A DNA stretch of 63,756 nt, counting the filler, from Octopus bimaculoides (Eukaryota), in assembly GCF_001194135.2 (NCBI RefSeq). It is 6 parts of 6 records of this genome, joined end to end, with 100 filler letters (N's around TTAATTAATTAA, not from the genome) between each part and the next. Parts side by side here need not be neighbours in the genome. Positions count along the whole stretch, not along the records: positions 23,057 to 38,921 come from NC_069005.1; 5 more parts are not named here. One strand, written 5' to 3'. Below the pieces are notes generated by a model. It ran no database searches, was not told the DNA's origin, and was given only the letters and a program-made list of their open reading frames with translations. The translations under genes were made by a program, and so were the position numbers. Shown here piece after piece: positions 23,957-36,776 of this stretch; position 1 is the stretch's first letter, and each line of letters starts with the position of its first letter.

Positions 23957-24464
23957 TAAAAGAAATCACTGAAGCTAAGTAAATCATCCATTCTATTCTT
24001 GCTTCTATAGCTCCGTTTTTGTTATCTTTGCCAACATTGGAAGGGTTTATTCAGAACTGGAGACAATACCTATATTTGCATTTATCATTTAGCGTAAGTG
24101 AAACACGTTTAGAGATCCACTGAAGTGCGAGTCACTGTCAATATCGATTGCCACCTTATACGTCGATATTTGCATATTTATCGTATGGTAGAGTTGTGTC
24201 GCATTAATAAAACACTAAATCTACTTTTGGTTTCGCTCACATATTCCTGTTATCTCTTAACCGATATTCTCGTTCAATTTCGTTCAATATATATTTCTAG
24301 TTTGTTTCAAATCAAACAAGCGTCCGTTATAGGAAACTACTTGTAAATTAGAGAACGCAAACTGTCGACAGCCAGGTTTATCGGGCACATATGTATGAGT
24401 GTATTTATGTATCGCATATATATTCGTGCATTTCTGTTCTAAGTATGGATTATATGTGTATATT

Positions 24465-24612
24465 CTTTCATTTGTTTCAGTTATTTGACTGTAGCCGTGC
24501 TGGAGCATCGCCTGTAGTCGAACCTTGTACTTATTCTATCGGTCTTTGGCCGAATCGCTAAGCTAAGGGGACATAAACACACCAACATCGGTTGTCAAGC
24601 GATGGTGGGAAA

Positions 24613-24659
<47 letters not shown>

Positions 24660-24924
24660 CACACACACATACGACGGGCTTCTTTCAGTTTCCGTTTACC
24701 AAATCCACTCACAAGGTTTTGGTCGGCCCGAGGCTATAATAGAAGACACTTGCCCAAGGTGCCACCCAGTGGGAGGGACTGAACCCGGAACCATGTGGTT
24801 ACTTACTTTTCTGTCTCATACTTATTCTGTCGGTATCATGTGCCGGACTGTTAAGTTATAGGGATATAAACGAATCAACACTAGTTGCGAAGCAGTAGGG
24901 AGCACAAACACACACTCACACACA

Positions 24925-24977
<53 letters not shown>

Positions 24978-25078
24978 CGGGTTTCACACAGTTTCCGTCT
25001 GTCAGATTCACGCACAAGACAATGGTCGTCCTGAGGCTACAGCAGAAGACATTTGTCCAGGGTGTCGCGTAGAGGAGT
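24465..25078 (-). mobile_element. Two tandem SINE family A copies (about 24465-24800 and 24815-25078)
   Basis: Reverse complements of the family A head and tail, with internal (CA)n and (TA)n. Confidence 0.82.
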
Positions 25079-25243
25079 TAAAAGCGAAAGCACATAATTG
25101 CAAAACGTGAGACACTTAGTGACACAGCCATGCATGCACCAATGTATGTATGCATGTTTCGGATTTTATTGGCCATGTCTAACTTAAAATGACGTTTGTA
25201 CGCATGTACACGAACACGCACGCGCACAAACACTCCTTCACCT

Positions 25244-25274
<31 letters not shown>

Positions 25275-25636
25275 TGCACATTCACGCGCATTTGTATAAA
25301 CAGAGAACAGCTTTTCTTTCGAGAAATTTGTAGTAAAAACATGACTCTCCTCAAATTTTATAAGATTTATGAAAGATATTTTATATTTCTTTATTAATTC
25401 ATTCGGTTTGGAACAATACGTTTCGTCAAGTCTTCAGGCCGAGTATTCCACAACTTCACAATCTCACTTCCAAATTAAACTATTGTAATAGTTTGTAGTT
25501 CACGTGTTTTGCAGTAGGCAGCTCAGGTTCTTGAGAATACTTTATAATTAAGACAATAATCAACGTTGTAATCAATTTATGCAACAGGAAGTCCTTATAG
25601 AATCCATCATATATCATTTTTTACATGTGCGATATA

Positions 25637-25853
25637 TGAGGGCTTGCTGAAAAGATCCTGGCTTTAGGTAAAACAAAATACGGGAGGATCAATTAATTAT
25701 GATCTTATTCAACATAGACTCCTCTCAGATTCATGCACTTATTGCTGCGGTCCTTTAGTTTCTCTAAGCCCTGTAAAAGAACTTGCAAATTTGGGGATCC
25801 AACCAGGCCTTTCGCGATACCCTTAAAGCCAGGAACTTTTCAGCACGCCCTCG
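25637..25853. mobile_element. Tc1/mariner-type MITE
   Basis: TIRs of about 30 bp, TA|tgagggcttgctgaaaagatcctggcttta ... taaagccaggaacttttcagcacgccctcg|TA, with a TA target duplication. Confidence 0.88.
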
Positions 25854-26122
25854 TATGTGTTAAGTTTAGGTTCGTATTTGGTTGACTATCGTTTATGCTT
25901 TGCTTGTTTCAGTTGTCAGACTGCGGTCATGCTTGGGTACGACCTTGAATTTTAGTCGAACTTATCAACCCCAGTACTTATTATTGTTATTTTTTTTGTA
26001 AAGTCTGGTACTTATTCTATTGGTAGCTTTTGCCGAATCAATGGAGGGAGTGAGCTTATGCGAACACAAGCATTTGATCACTATAAACAACGACGGGAGA
26101 GTCCATCATATATATATATATA

Positions 26123-26390
26123 CCGTAAATCCTCGAGTATAGTCCGTCTTTGAGTATAATTCGCAGGGGATTTTTAGGGGGCTGTACCTCTGAAAAACCT
26201 AAACCTTGTGTATAATACGCACCCCTTCTCTAACTTGAGTCAAGGAGGTCTATATAACGTCCTTGGTTTGTAAACGTATATACGGTAACGTCCTTTATTA
26301 TTATTGTATATATAACATAATGCAAACGTATAGCTTTTTTGTGCACTTTGTTTGCAGAAAATAAAGAATTAACAGTAATAACATCAGTGA
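26123..26390 (+). mobile_element. pogo/Tc1-like DNA transposon end fragment
   Basis: Begins TA|CCGTAAATCCTCGAGTATAGTCCG, resembling pogo-type TIR starts. Right end not defined. Confidence 0.45.
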
Positions 26391-26469
26391 AAAATAAACA
26401 GATAAATTGACAAAGTACAGTGTCTGCAAGTTGATGAGTACCACATATTCCCCTCCATTTTCTTTTTGC

Positions 26470-26510
<41 letters not shown>

Positions 26511-26696
26511 CCCTTCTTCGGTCACTAGATGTCCTTTTGAATTTTTAATTTTTAATTGCTGATATGACAATGTGTCATATGTGTTTGTATATTGTTTTTA
26601 TTGTCCTCTTGGTTGAAAAATAAACAGATAAATTGACAAAGTACAGTGTCTGCAAGTTGATGAGTACCACATATTCCCCTCCATTTTCTTTTTGCT
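26388..26696. repeat. Exact 83-bp direct repeat (26388-26470 and 26614-26696), each copy followed by (TA)n
   Basis: tgaaaaataaacagataaattg...ccctccattttctttttgct is identical in both copies. Confidence 0.92.
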
Positions 26697-29600
26697 ATAT
26701 ATATATATATATACATATATATACATACAAGCATCACGCATACACAAACACACACACACACACGTATGCACGCACACGCTTACATATATGTACGCATGAA
26801 TACACTCACACACGCACGGACGCTTCTATGCACTTCTACAAGGACGACATGGTATCGGCGGTCATTTAAAAATAGCAATGCATAGTGTTAGTGACATACA
26901 CAGAAGCAGGTCGTTCAGACTGACGGAAGTAAGAAGTACAGATGTGAAAATATTAGATATTAATATTAGTAACCCTGTAATTTCAAACTTCTCAGCAACA
27001 CAACATATTGAAATCTCGGGTCCTAAATATGGCTTCTGTACGTCAGAGAAAGTCACTTCTTCTAAACACCTCAATATAATCTCTCTCTTTCTCTCTCTCT
27101 TTCTTTCTCTGCACCTCAATCAACAATCTTTATAATGAGAAATATATATGGCTTGCTAATAACGTCATCACAACTAAACTAAGTTTTATATAAAAGCAAA
27201 AACTATGATGAAAAACAAAGATATATTCTTTTCAAATGTCACATATAATCCTGATTACGTAATATGACAGGAAGTACCAGGAAGTGAAATATTTACCTGT
27301 CATTAATTGGAATCAGAGTAATGAAAACAATATTTTCACGAAGTTTTATCTGATAAGGAGGTCTGTGGTATAAACCACTCAAGCCTCAATCACAACGACT
27401 TTATGTATCAATGTTACTTCTTAAGATCGGTTACACCATGTGACACTAATGAAGTTTAGCAAAACCGAAACATGTCAGAAGTTGTCGCAACATCAGACTC
27501 ACTTCTTACTGCATTCAATATTTAATTAATTAATTAAAATCTCGGGGTTGTCTCCTGCCTCTTTGTAAACTAGAATTAGTCATTTCAATAATGATTCTTC
27601 TCATTGTTACATGATTTTATCACTCAAAACATCTCGGTTTGTTATATCGAGTATGTTAGCATCCAATATATTCTTGTAGAGTAAATAATCATTATCTTGC
27701 TGAATGTTGTTTTATTGTAGAAAACTTTAAGAACGAGAATGAGGAATGTCTTAACTTGTATGAGGCAATCACTTCTACCTGTGTGGAAATACTGAAATTT
27801 AGCAATATATATTTCAAAGCAATTTTCAAATCTGATAAATAAAAGAGAATACTATGTGTAGTACAACGAATATAGAATATACAGAGTTCGAAGGCTATTT
27901 ACAGATTAATATAAAAATTAAGAAAAAACTCAGGGTTGTTCCATGTCAAAGCAACATGTGTGTTTTCGATGCCCGTGGTCTCTGCGAAGAAAATCAGAGG
28001 CCATGGCAATCTTTAAGCGGTATCTTTTCGTTTTCTGCTGAAGGGATCAGTTTAAGGTATTAAATATGCCTATAGGTTGCATAAATATGATAATATTTCT
28101 TGCTTTGCTTTTAGTAGATTGAGTTTATTAGAAGTAGAAATTCTCCTGAAGTTTCTTGAATTCAAGTGATTATTAGATGAAGTGTGTGCAAAGACGAGAC
28201 GTTGATTAAACGGGAACATGAAGGTACGACAGAGAGAAGAAATGACATCACGTTAAGAACTGAATGAATGATAGTGTATGAGGAAAGTAAGTGTAGCCAG
28301 GGAAGAGGCTGGATAAAGAAGTATTTATGTGAGAGTGCAATAGCAGACAGTAATGAGGAGAGTGACGAGAAGTGTTGAGGTATTGAAAAGGGTTTAACCA
28401 TGAAGATATATCTCATGTGTTGTTAACATGTGAAATAATGGAAGTTTATATCTAAGTCATATGAGATCCAACATCTATATACCCACAAAACAGTATGGGA
28501 TCGATAATCAATCAGGTATTTCAATTTGACCGAATCTTATCACACATTTCGTAGTTATCCGGTATTGAGGTTCAAGCCCTTTCGTTTATAACTTCCAATT
28601 TCGTTAGGGTTGATTGAATTTGTGTTCCAGTCATTCGGGAGCCAGTGAAATGAAAGGTAATACTATATTCAAGTAGACAAAATCAGCCATTTCTTGCCGA
28701 ACACATTCTTCTGTCGAGTACAGACAATCAATTTTTTAAAGGCGTCTCTTGTTATTTCTTACATTATATACATGTGCCTCTATTACACAACATTCATAAC
28801 AACAACTACAACCACAACAACAACAATAGCCACAACAATAATACAAGACAGCGAAGTATCCTCTACATAGTCTTGTTAGAAATTTAATCCGAATCTCCAA
28901 TAAATTTCGCCATATTGCCTTAGAGGTTAGGTTGGATGGTCAAAGCTGGAACCCATTTGACATAAGCCTATTTGATTAGAGCTGATCTAGGCCTTCTCTT
29001 GGCTTCCATCCAAATTTCAGGCTTTTATAGTCAACAATATTTTGCAATAATGTTAATTAGAAATTATCTTTAAACTTTCTGGTAAAGAAGAAAACCGAAA
29101 AAACTGAAAACATTGAAGATTGAACTTGTTTTGTAGAATTTATTTTACCGAGGCTTTACTACGGTAAATATTCTGTCTTGCTATGATTTGTCCTGAATTA
29201 CTCTGGAGGTTTACTTCATTGCTCCACAAAATTATGCTATTGTTTAATGGTAAGCTTGACTTTGGTTTCGTTTTGCTTACTGACAAAAATCGAAAAATGA
29301 GAAGATTAGAAATGCCACTGTTTACTTCCAGTGAAGCAAAATCCCACAGAAAACAACCACAGTGAGAACAACCTGATATTACTTCAAGCCAAATAGAATT
29401 GTTTTTATATTGTGTAAATACGACCAATTGCAAGAGATTTTTTTTCCTTTCTGACAGGGCCAGCTGAAATTGTATTTTCTGCAATTGTGTCACTTTCTAA
29501 TTTGTAAGGATTTCATCTCAGAAATGTATGTGGACAAAGCAAATTGGTTATTGTTTATTTAGTTTCCAGTTGGTCGAGTTCTTTTTCTTTTATCTTATCA

Positions 29601-30132
29601 AACCTTCCTTGCTGCTTGCTTTGTAATAAGGAAAGCATGAGGGAAAACGTGTTCGAGAGTAGAGAGAAATTGATTGGAAAATTAGATGAAAGACATTTAA
29701 GTTAAAGAAGTCAAAATGATGGAGAGAAAGAGACAGAGGAAGTGACGGAGTGGTGGGGAAGTAAATACAACAGCGAAATAAAATGGTAACTGGTGGTTTT
29801 GGAGGAAATTATGTTATAACTGGAGGAGGTAGATATTGAAAGAAAGAATGATAGGAGAATAAGAGAGGGCATAGAAAGGAGATGAGAGAATGGAAGTAGT
29901 GAAAAGAAAGAGAAAGCGAGATTTAGAGAGGGATAAAGAGGAGGGTTGGTATCTTATTAGTAAAATGAGAGTGAAAGCAAGATAGATAGATACGTGGTGA
30001 GAATATGTGTAATATTTGCCTTCCTTTATTATTTAAACAATTTCCTTCATTTAATTTTTAACGTTGTTTTCTCACTGAACTGAAAAAATATATTCACCTC
30101 TTGATAAATGAAGCAAAGGTTTATTCGTATCT

Positions 30133-30304
30133 ACAGTGTACTTTTATTTACAATGTACTCACTTCTATACTTTCCTCATATTTACACAATAGACAAATCG
30201 ATTAGGTACTCACATCTATAGTATAGGTACATTTAATTATGCGTGTTATATGCGTACTCACATCTACAGTGTACTCACATCTACAATGTACACGCGTCTA
30301 CACT
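30133..30304. repeat. 17-bp minisatellite (gtactcacatctacagt)
   Basis: Units at 30254, 30271 and 30288, with degenerate copies at about 30155 and 30206. Confidence 0.75.
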
Positions 30305-30394
30305 GCAATGGTGTGTAAGAGCGATGTGATAGTTGAGGAAACTCTAGTCTTTGACAAGGACATATTGATTTGTCTGTTCTGGAGGATTATCGGA

Positions 30395-30850
30395 CGAGTT
30401 TGTCTCTTCGGTCAAAATGTGCTCGAGAGCCTCCGTAGTATACGAGGTAGACTGCATTAAATGTGGGGCATCCTACATTGAGAGCACCGCCAGGAGATTG
30501 TACGTTCGGATAAAAGAACATATATGCACAGACACTTCAAAATAATAAAAAAATACCTAAAGAAGAACCAGGCTCAGGATTTCAAGGCGTCCATCAGGGC
30601 AACTCAACGCAACAGGGGCAATCTCAGGATCACGGAGGCCATTCTTATCAACAAACTGAGATCAGTCATAAACAACAAGCAATAACTATATGAAGCAGAC
30701 TGGTTACTATAGTAACACCTGGCTGCGCATATCACCTTCTTCCTTCTTCCTCCCCACACGTTCGACTAACGACCTTTCCCATCTCTTGCTTTTTCACAAG
30801 TCCTGAAAAAGGGTCATAACCCGGAAATATAGAAATATAAGGTAAAACTA
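30395..30850 (+). mobile_element. Penelope-like element 3' fragment (GIY-YIG endonuclease + terminus)
   Basis: Translates as SVVYEVDCIKCGASYIESTARRLYVRIKEH.../DFKASIRATQRNRGNLRITEAILINKLRSVINNKQ*, followed by cctgaaaaagggtcataacccggaaa. Confidence 0.78.
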
Positions 30851-32886
30851 CAACTTTGCTTTGCTTTGCTTTGTTTTCTTTCGTTTTTTCCTGTAAAGAA
30901 AAGTCAATCTGATTATCAGGAGACAAGCTGGTAGTTATGGAGACATGTTTCTTCCTCAAAAGTCATTTCCTGCGTCGCAGTTAACCAACGTTCTCTCCGG
31001 CAGATAAATATGCGTAATGTGTTAGATAATGAACGACGGTTACAGTTTTGCCACAACCACAGCTTTTTAACACTTCTGTCATTGTTAAAATGTTAAGTCT
31101 TTCGGAAAAAATCCTATATAATTTATTTAATATTTTCTTTGTTGTAAAGTAATTTATCTGATGAGTCTCAAGATTGCTTTCTAAAATGTCCTTTTACTTA
31201 TTACTTCTGGTTGAGTCCGTTGGGAAATGTATCAACTTGCTGGCAATTTTCTGTATTTTTCAACAAAAGACACAAAGTTACGCGACGTCCATACACACAC
31301 ATTACTATGTCGTCTGCTTGATACTGGTTTAGTCGAAAGAAAAACAGAATAGTCATTGTATTACGTATTTTTAACACATACAACGGGATATTATCCGATT
31401 ATATGCATGTACGTACGTACATACATATGTTACAATTTTTTTTCTATGCACAATTAAAGCCAAGATGATTTTAAGCCAGAACAATTACTGCGGTTTGTAG
31501 TTACACGAATTGGTTGATGTGCGTGCGTGTGTGTGTGTGTATGTGTGTGTGTTTGTTTGTGTGTGTGTGTGTGTGTTGTGCATGTGCGCTTTATTATTGT
31601 TCATGTGTGTCTATTCTATATGTATATGTGATTGTGTGCATGTATTCAGCTAAGAACCTCAAAAATAGAATCTGTAGTGTTTTACAAACCTTTTACTATT
31701 TAAATCTGTTGTTACGCAACCTACAGCCCCTATAATAATATGTAGAAAGGAAGATCTATAACCTGGGTGTAAGAATCATAGGTTTCTCAGTTCTCGATTG
31801 ATTTTCTACATTACTCCAATTTTTGGTGAAACATTCAAACCCACTGAGTAATTGATCTCTACAACAGTGTACCGCTTTTGCTCTCTGTCCCCATTCAAGA
31901 TTACCTGGCTTATACTTACAAAAGGGTTGCTGTTTTTTTCTGCAATGTTCCACCAGTCTTCTTTATGGCTAAAAACGTGGATACTTTCCGGTTCCGGAAA
32001 GTATGACGTCAAGATAATCCTTTCTGCGTTATTGAAGACAAAATTTTGGGATTAGCGTTGGCACTGAAGGATATAGTTTTATTGAATGATGACACTTCCG
32101 ATTCTGTAACTCCGAAGTATATGCAATATTACCGTCGATTTCGAGGTATTCGTAAAATTCATCAATGATGATTGAGGAGATACACAGGCTGTTGATATCC
32201 ATATATCTTCCGTGGTCGACAATCTTTCATTGTTTGGCTAAATGTGATCACTTGCCCGGACAAAACACCATTCCTATGTCCCGTGAGTGCTAAATGTCTC
32301 TTGTTATCAATGATATTACTTGGGCACACCTTAAAAACATAAAACGAAGTGCTAATGACTTTAATATTTTCATCATTTGCAGACCCTATCATGAAGGCTT
32401 TGTATTTCCTTAAGCGGACCGACAAAGGGTTCACTACCATGAGGAAATACATTACAGATAGACTCCCATGCAATTGTATATTATTGTAGAAGGCAAAGTT
32501 TTGCTTCGATTTTGTTATTAACTGCGCTCACAATTGTTTATATTATTCTTATTCTTCAATTATTAATACTGTCACTCCCATGGCTTTATATACAGTGGAA
32601 AAAAAAAACCCTGCGGTTTATTCCCTTAAACAACACAACATCATCTATCGCTTGATTCTTTAACTCATTCGCCCACGTTATTTTCCACCTCTCCGTTTAT
32701 GGTGTTTATTTGACACCATCACCACTTCCCGCTTCGCGCTGACAAAGAATCAAACATAAATACACATACATTTGCACACGCACATACGCATGCATGTATC
32801 AGGAGTACATGGTAATGCCACTAAGAATCAAGCATTAATATGCAGTGTGAACATGTTTTATTAAAACGCCTTTGGCTACGCACAGT

Positions 32887-32926
<40 letters not shown>

Positions 32927-32963
32927 GTATATTGCCACTTAAGTGTGGCTGACCCCTAGGGGT

Positions 32964-33031
32964 GGATGTTACTGTTGCTTTTAGCCCCAGGAGGACATCT
33001 CCTCCTGGGGCTAAAAGCAACAGTAACATCC
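32964..33031. repeat. Perfect 32-bp inverted repeat with a 4-nt loop, abutting a gap
   Basis: ggatgttactgttgcttttagccccaggagga-catc-tcctcctggggctaaaagcaacagtaacatcc. Confidence 0.9.
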
Positions 33032-33419
33032 NNNNNNNNNNNNNNNNNNNNNNNNNNNNNNNNNNNNNNNNNNNNNNNNNNNNNNNNNNNNNNNNNNNNN
33101 NNNNNNNNNNNNNNNNNNNNNNNNNNNNNNNNNNNNNNNNNNNNNNNNNNNNNNNNNNNNNNNNNNNNNNNNNNNNNNNNNNNNNNNNNNNNNNNNNNNN
33201 NNNNNNNNNNNNNNNNNNNNNNNNNNNNNNNNNNNNNNNNNNNNNNNNNNNNNNNNNNNNNNNNNNNNNNNNNNNNNNNNNNNNNNNNNNNNNNNNNNNN
33301 NNNNNNNNNNNNNNNNNNNNNNNNNNNNNNNNNNNNNNNNNNNNNNNNNNNNNNNNNNNNNNNNNNNNNNNNNNNNNNNNNNNNNNNNNNNNNNNNNNNN
33401 NNNNNNNNNNNNNNNNNNN

Positions 33420-33470
<51 letters not shown>

Positions 33471-33624
33471 GCAATGTTTCAGTTATTGAAATTGTGTGGT
33501 TTTTGAAACAACGATAACTGTTGTAATAAACTGTAGAAATGGCAAATGGTGGTCATGGGTCGATGGGAGTCGGTTTATGTGACACGTTAAAAGTCACATG
33601 ATTTAAAAAAAGGTTGGTGAAAAT

Positions 33625-34110
33625 TAAACAGACGCAGGCGAGGTTGTGTGATAAGAACCTTGCTTCCCAATCACATTGCCCTGGGTTCAGTCCTACTGTA
33701 TGGCGCCTCGAGCAAGTATCTTCTACTACTGACCCCGGCCGATCAAAGCCTTCTGAGTGGATTTGGTAGAAGGAAATAAGGAAATATATATATATACATA
33801 TGTATGTGTGTGTGTGTGTATGTGTGTGCGTGCGTGAGTGTGTGTGTATGTGTGTGCGTGCGTGAGTGTGTGTGTATGTGTGCGTGAGTATGTGTGTGTG
33901 TGTGTGTGCGTGTTTTTGTTCCCCATCACTTCTTGGCAACCGGTGTTGGTGTGTTTACGTCCTATAACTTAGTGGTTCAGCAAAACGGCCCGATAGAATA
34001 AGTACCAGGCTTTACAAAGTAATAAAAACTGGGGAGGTTCATTCGACTAAACTTCTTCAAGGCGGTGCCCCAGCGTGGCCGCAGTCTAATAACTGAAACA
34101 GAATAAAAGA
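33625..34110 (+). mobile_element. SINE family A, full length
   Basis: Head, internal (TA)/(TG) tract and 3' half as at 793-1220. Confidence 0.85.
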
Positions 34111-35449
34111 AAAGAAAAAAAAACTTTACATCATAACTAGGGTATGGTGAACAAGTTCGTTTTATAGGCTTGTGAACCGAGGTGGTTACCATTGACTAAA
34201 ATCTTTGAATCCAGCGCCTCTGCATGGCCGCGGTGCAATGGCTGAAAGCAACAGAGGAATGAAAGAATAAAAAAATAAGATCAAACAAGTGATAGAGTCG
34301 TATAACATTACATAGAGTTAAATGTGTACAATAACATTTATAATAATGGGACTGTTTCTTTTAGTTTATTTGCAAACACCTCCCCGATACAAGTATTACC
34401 AGTCGATAACTCTATACGCTGGACTCTGCGAGCCTTATGGAATCATCAGGAGAGAATACATATCCTTTAATGAGTTTTCTTTCAAGGGTTGGGGATTTAT
34501 TGTGTGTATTTTCTGATGTGAAGTTCCACTTACTAGATTAGAAGGTTACTGCCTTTAACTTATTACTTTTCTGTCCACTTCTTCTCATCTTGATTTAGCC
34601 GAATTCAGTTTTTCGCCTTGACAACTATGGCTTGGACATATTTCATGATCGTTTTTGTTTTGCGATGAGCGAGGCTCATCAATAACCATCTGCTCAGTCT
34701 TCTTCCTATAAACTTATTAACAATCAACTTCAATTGGAGAGTGCGCCATCTTCCGCCCACCATTCTCACATTCTTCAAGGAAGTGTTCATACTGGTAATT
34801 CTAACGAGTCTGGGCAGTGTCGATGTTATATTCATGGGGAACAATTATCGCAACAAGATTTGTTCTTTTATTTTTCTCACACCAGATAAATATATCTGGT
34901 TTCTTTTTAACTAGTATACTTTATTTAGATGAGTCTCTGGTCAATGTGGGTAAATTATCGACTAGACCTCTGGGACAAATTCTCTTTATGTTTTAGAGTG
35001 TTATATATTTATAAAACTTGTCAGTGACATATTGGCTAACACATGAAGTGTTGGAATAACCCAGGTAACAAATGTAATGTAATAGTCCGGACATAGGTTA
35101 TATAGGACAACTATTTCTGGTTCCCAAATTGTAAAATGAGAAATGAGGTAGAGTGGTGGCTATTATGTCTCTCTGATGTTCTATGTTAATAAAGATTTTT
35201 GAAATTCGTCAGTCACACACACAATCACAAACACACTTAGACACACAAACTAGTTTTACCAAGTGTATAGTGATTGTGTATGTAAGAATACAAGCAAATA
35301 CAGCATAACCGAGAAGTCTGAAATGAGTAGATATTTTCCTTTTATTAATGAATATTTTAATGAATTAAAAGGATTTTATGTACATTCCCAGTTGTTGACC
35401 TAATTTACATTTTCAAGTAGCTGAAATATTTCAAAGGTACACAAATTTA

Positions 35450-35600
35450 CGTCTCTGTATCTTAGCGGTTCGGTAAAAGAGATCGATAGGATAAGTACCA
35501 GACTTAAGAAAATACTGGGGTCGATTCATTCGAGTGAAAGTTCTTCGCGGCTATACCCCAGCATGGCCGCAGTCTAATGACTGAAACAAGTAAAAGATAA
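35450..35600 (+). mobile_element. SINE family A, 3' half
   Basis: Contains cttagcggttcggtaaaagagatcgataggataagtacc...gcatggccgcagtctaatgactgaaacaag. Confidence 0.8.
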
Positions 35601-36231
35601 AAGGGAACAAGAACGACAATAGCTGTGGTAATTAAAACAATTTCGCTTCTAATGGAACGCAGGCAGAGTCCATCAATATCGCTCATGCTGTGTTGCCTCA
35701 AACAATGATCGACTTCTTCCTTTTTGTTGCGAATTCGATGAAGACTTCTGAGAGATGTTTCAGACACGCCCAAAACTTTAAATTAGATAATGGTGTGCAG
35801 TTGTTCTATATTCGATTTTCTTTTAAACTTTTAATCTTCACTGATTGGTTAATATGAGAATGTAGCCTCTTCACAAGAAAAAACGCCGTCGATAATCAAA
35901 ACAGCCTTTGATCTCGCACTCATAAATGTGCGTCGTTTTATTGGGTTGTAAAAAATGTTTTATTTAAAAGCAAATTAAAATCAAACACTTTAAAGTGAAT
36001 AAAACCATTACGTTTCTCTAACGATTACCTGTAAACCTTTTATTAATTATTTACGGGATATTGGCGAAGGTAATATTGCAATTTTACGCTGAATTTCTAA
36101 AAATTATCTTATCAAGATATAACATTCTAAAAAAGAATTTTCGGAAACCAAAATACAAACCCATTTATAACGATACACACAAATACACACACACACACAA
36201 ATAGACACACACATACAAATACACACGCGCA

Positions 36232-36277
<46 letters not shown>

Positions 36278-36730
36278 NNNNNNNNNNNNNNNNNNNNNNN
36301 NNNNNNNNNNNNNNNNNNNNNNNNNNNNNNNNNNNNNNNNNNNNNNNNNNNNNNNNNNNNNNNNNNNNNNNNNNNNNNNNNNNNNNNNNNNNNNNNNNNN
36401 NNNNNNNNNNNNNNNNNNNNNNNNNNNNNNNNNNNNNNNNNNNNNNNNNNNNNNNNNNNNNNNNNNNNNNNNNNNNNNNNNNNNNNNNNNNNNNNNNNNN
36501 NNNNNNNNNNNNNNNNNNNNNNNNNNNNNNNNNNNNNNNNNNNNNNNNNNNNNNNNNNNNNNNNNNNNNNNNNNNNNNNNNNNNNNNNNNNNNNNNNNNN
36601 NNNNNNNNNNNNNNNNNNNNNNNNNNNNNNNNNNNNNNNNNNNNNNNNNNNNNNNNNNNNNNNNNNNNNNNNNNNNNNNNNNNNNNNNNNNNNNNNNNNN
36701 NNNNNNNNNNNNNNNNNNNNNNNNNNNNNN

Positions 36731-36775
<45 letters not shown>

Positions 36776-36776
36776 A

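Noticed and set aside
25405-25450. - strand CTGAAGA-cttgac-GAAAC hammerhead-like core
   Set aside because: Stem II cannot close (C-C) and stem I does not pair next to the cleavage site. At best a decayed Penelope terminus.
27721-27757. 37-nt AG...GT segment reading NFKNENEECLNL
   Set aside because: The resemblance to the hyaluronidase C-terminal C..L region is vague, the following LGP motif is missing, and the donor is moderate.
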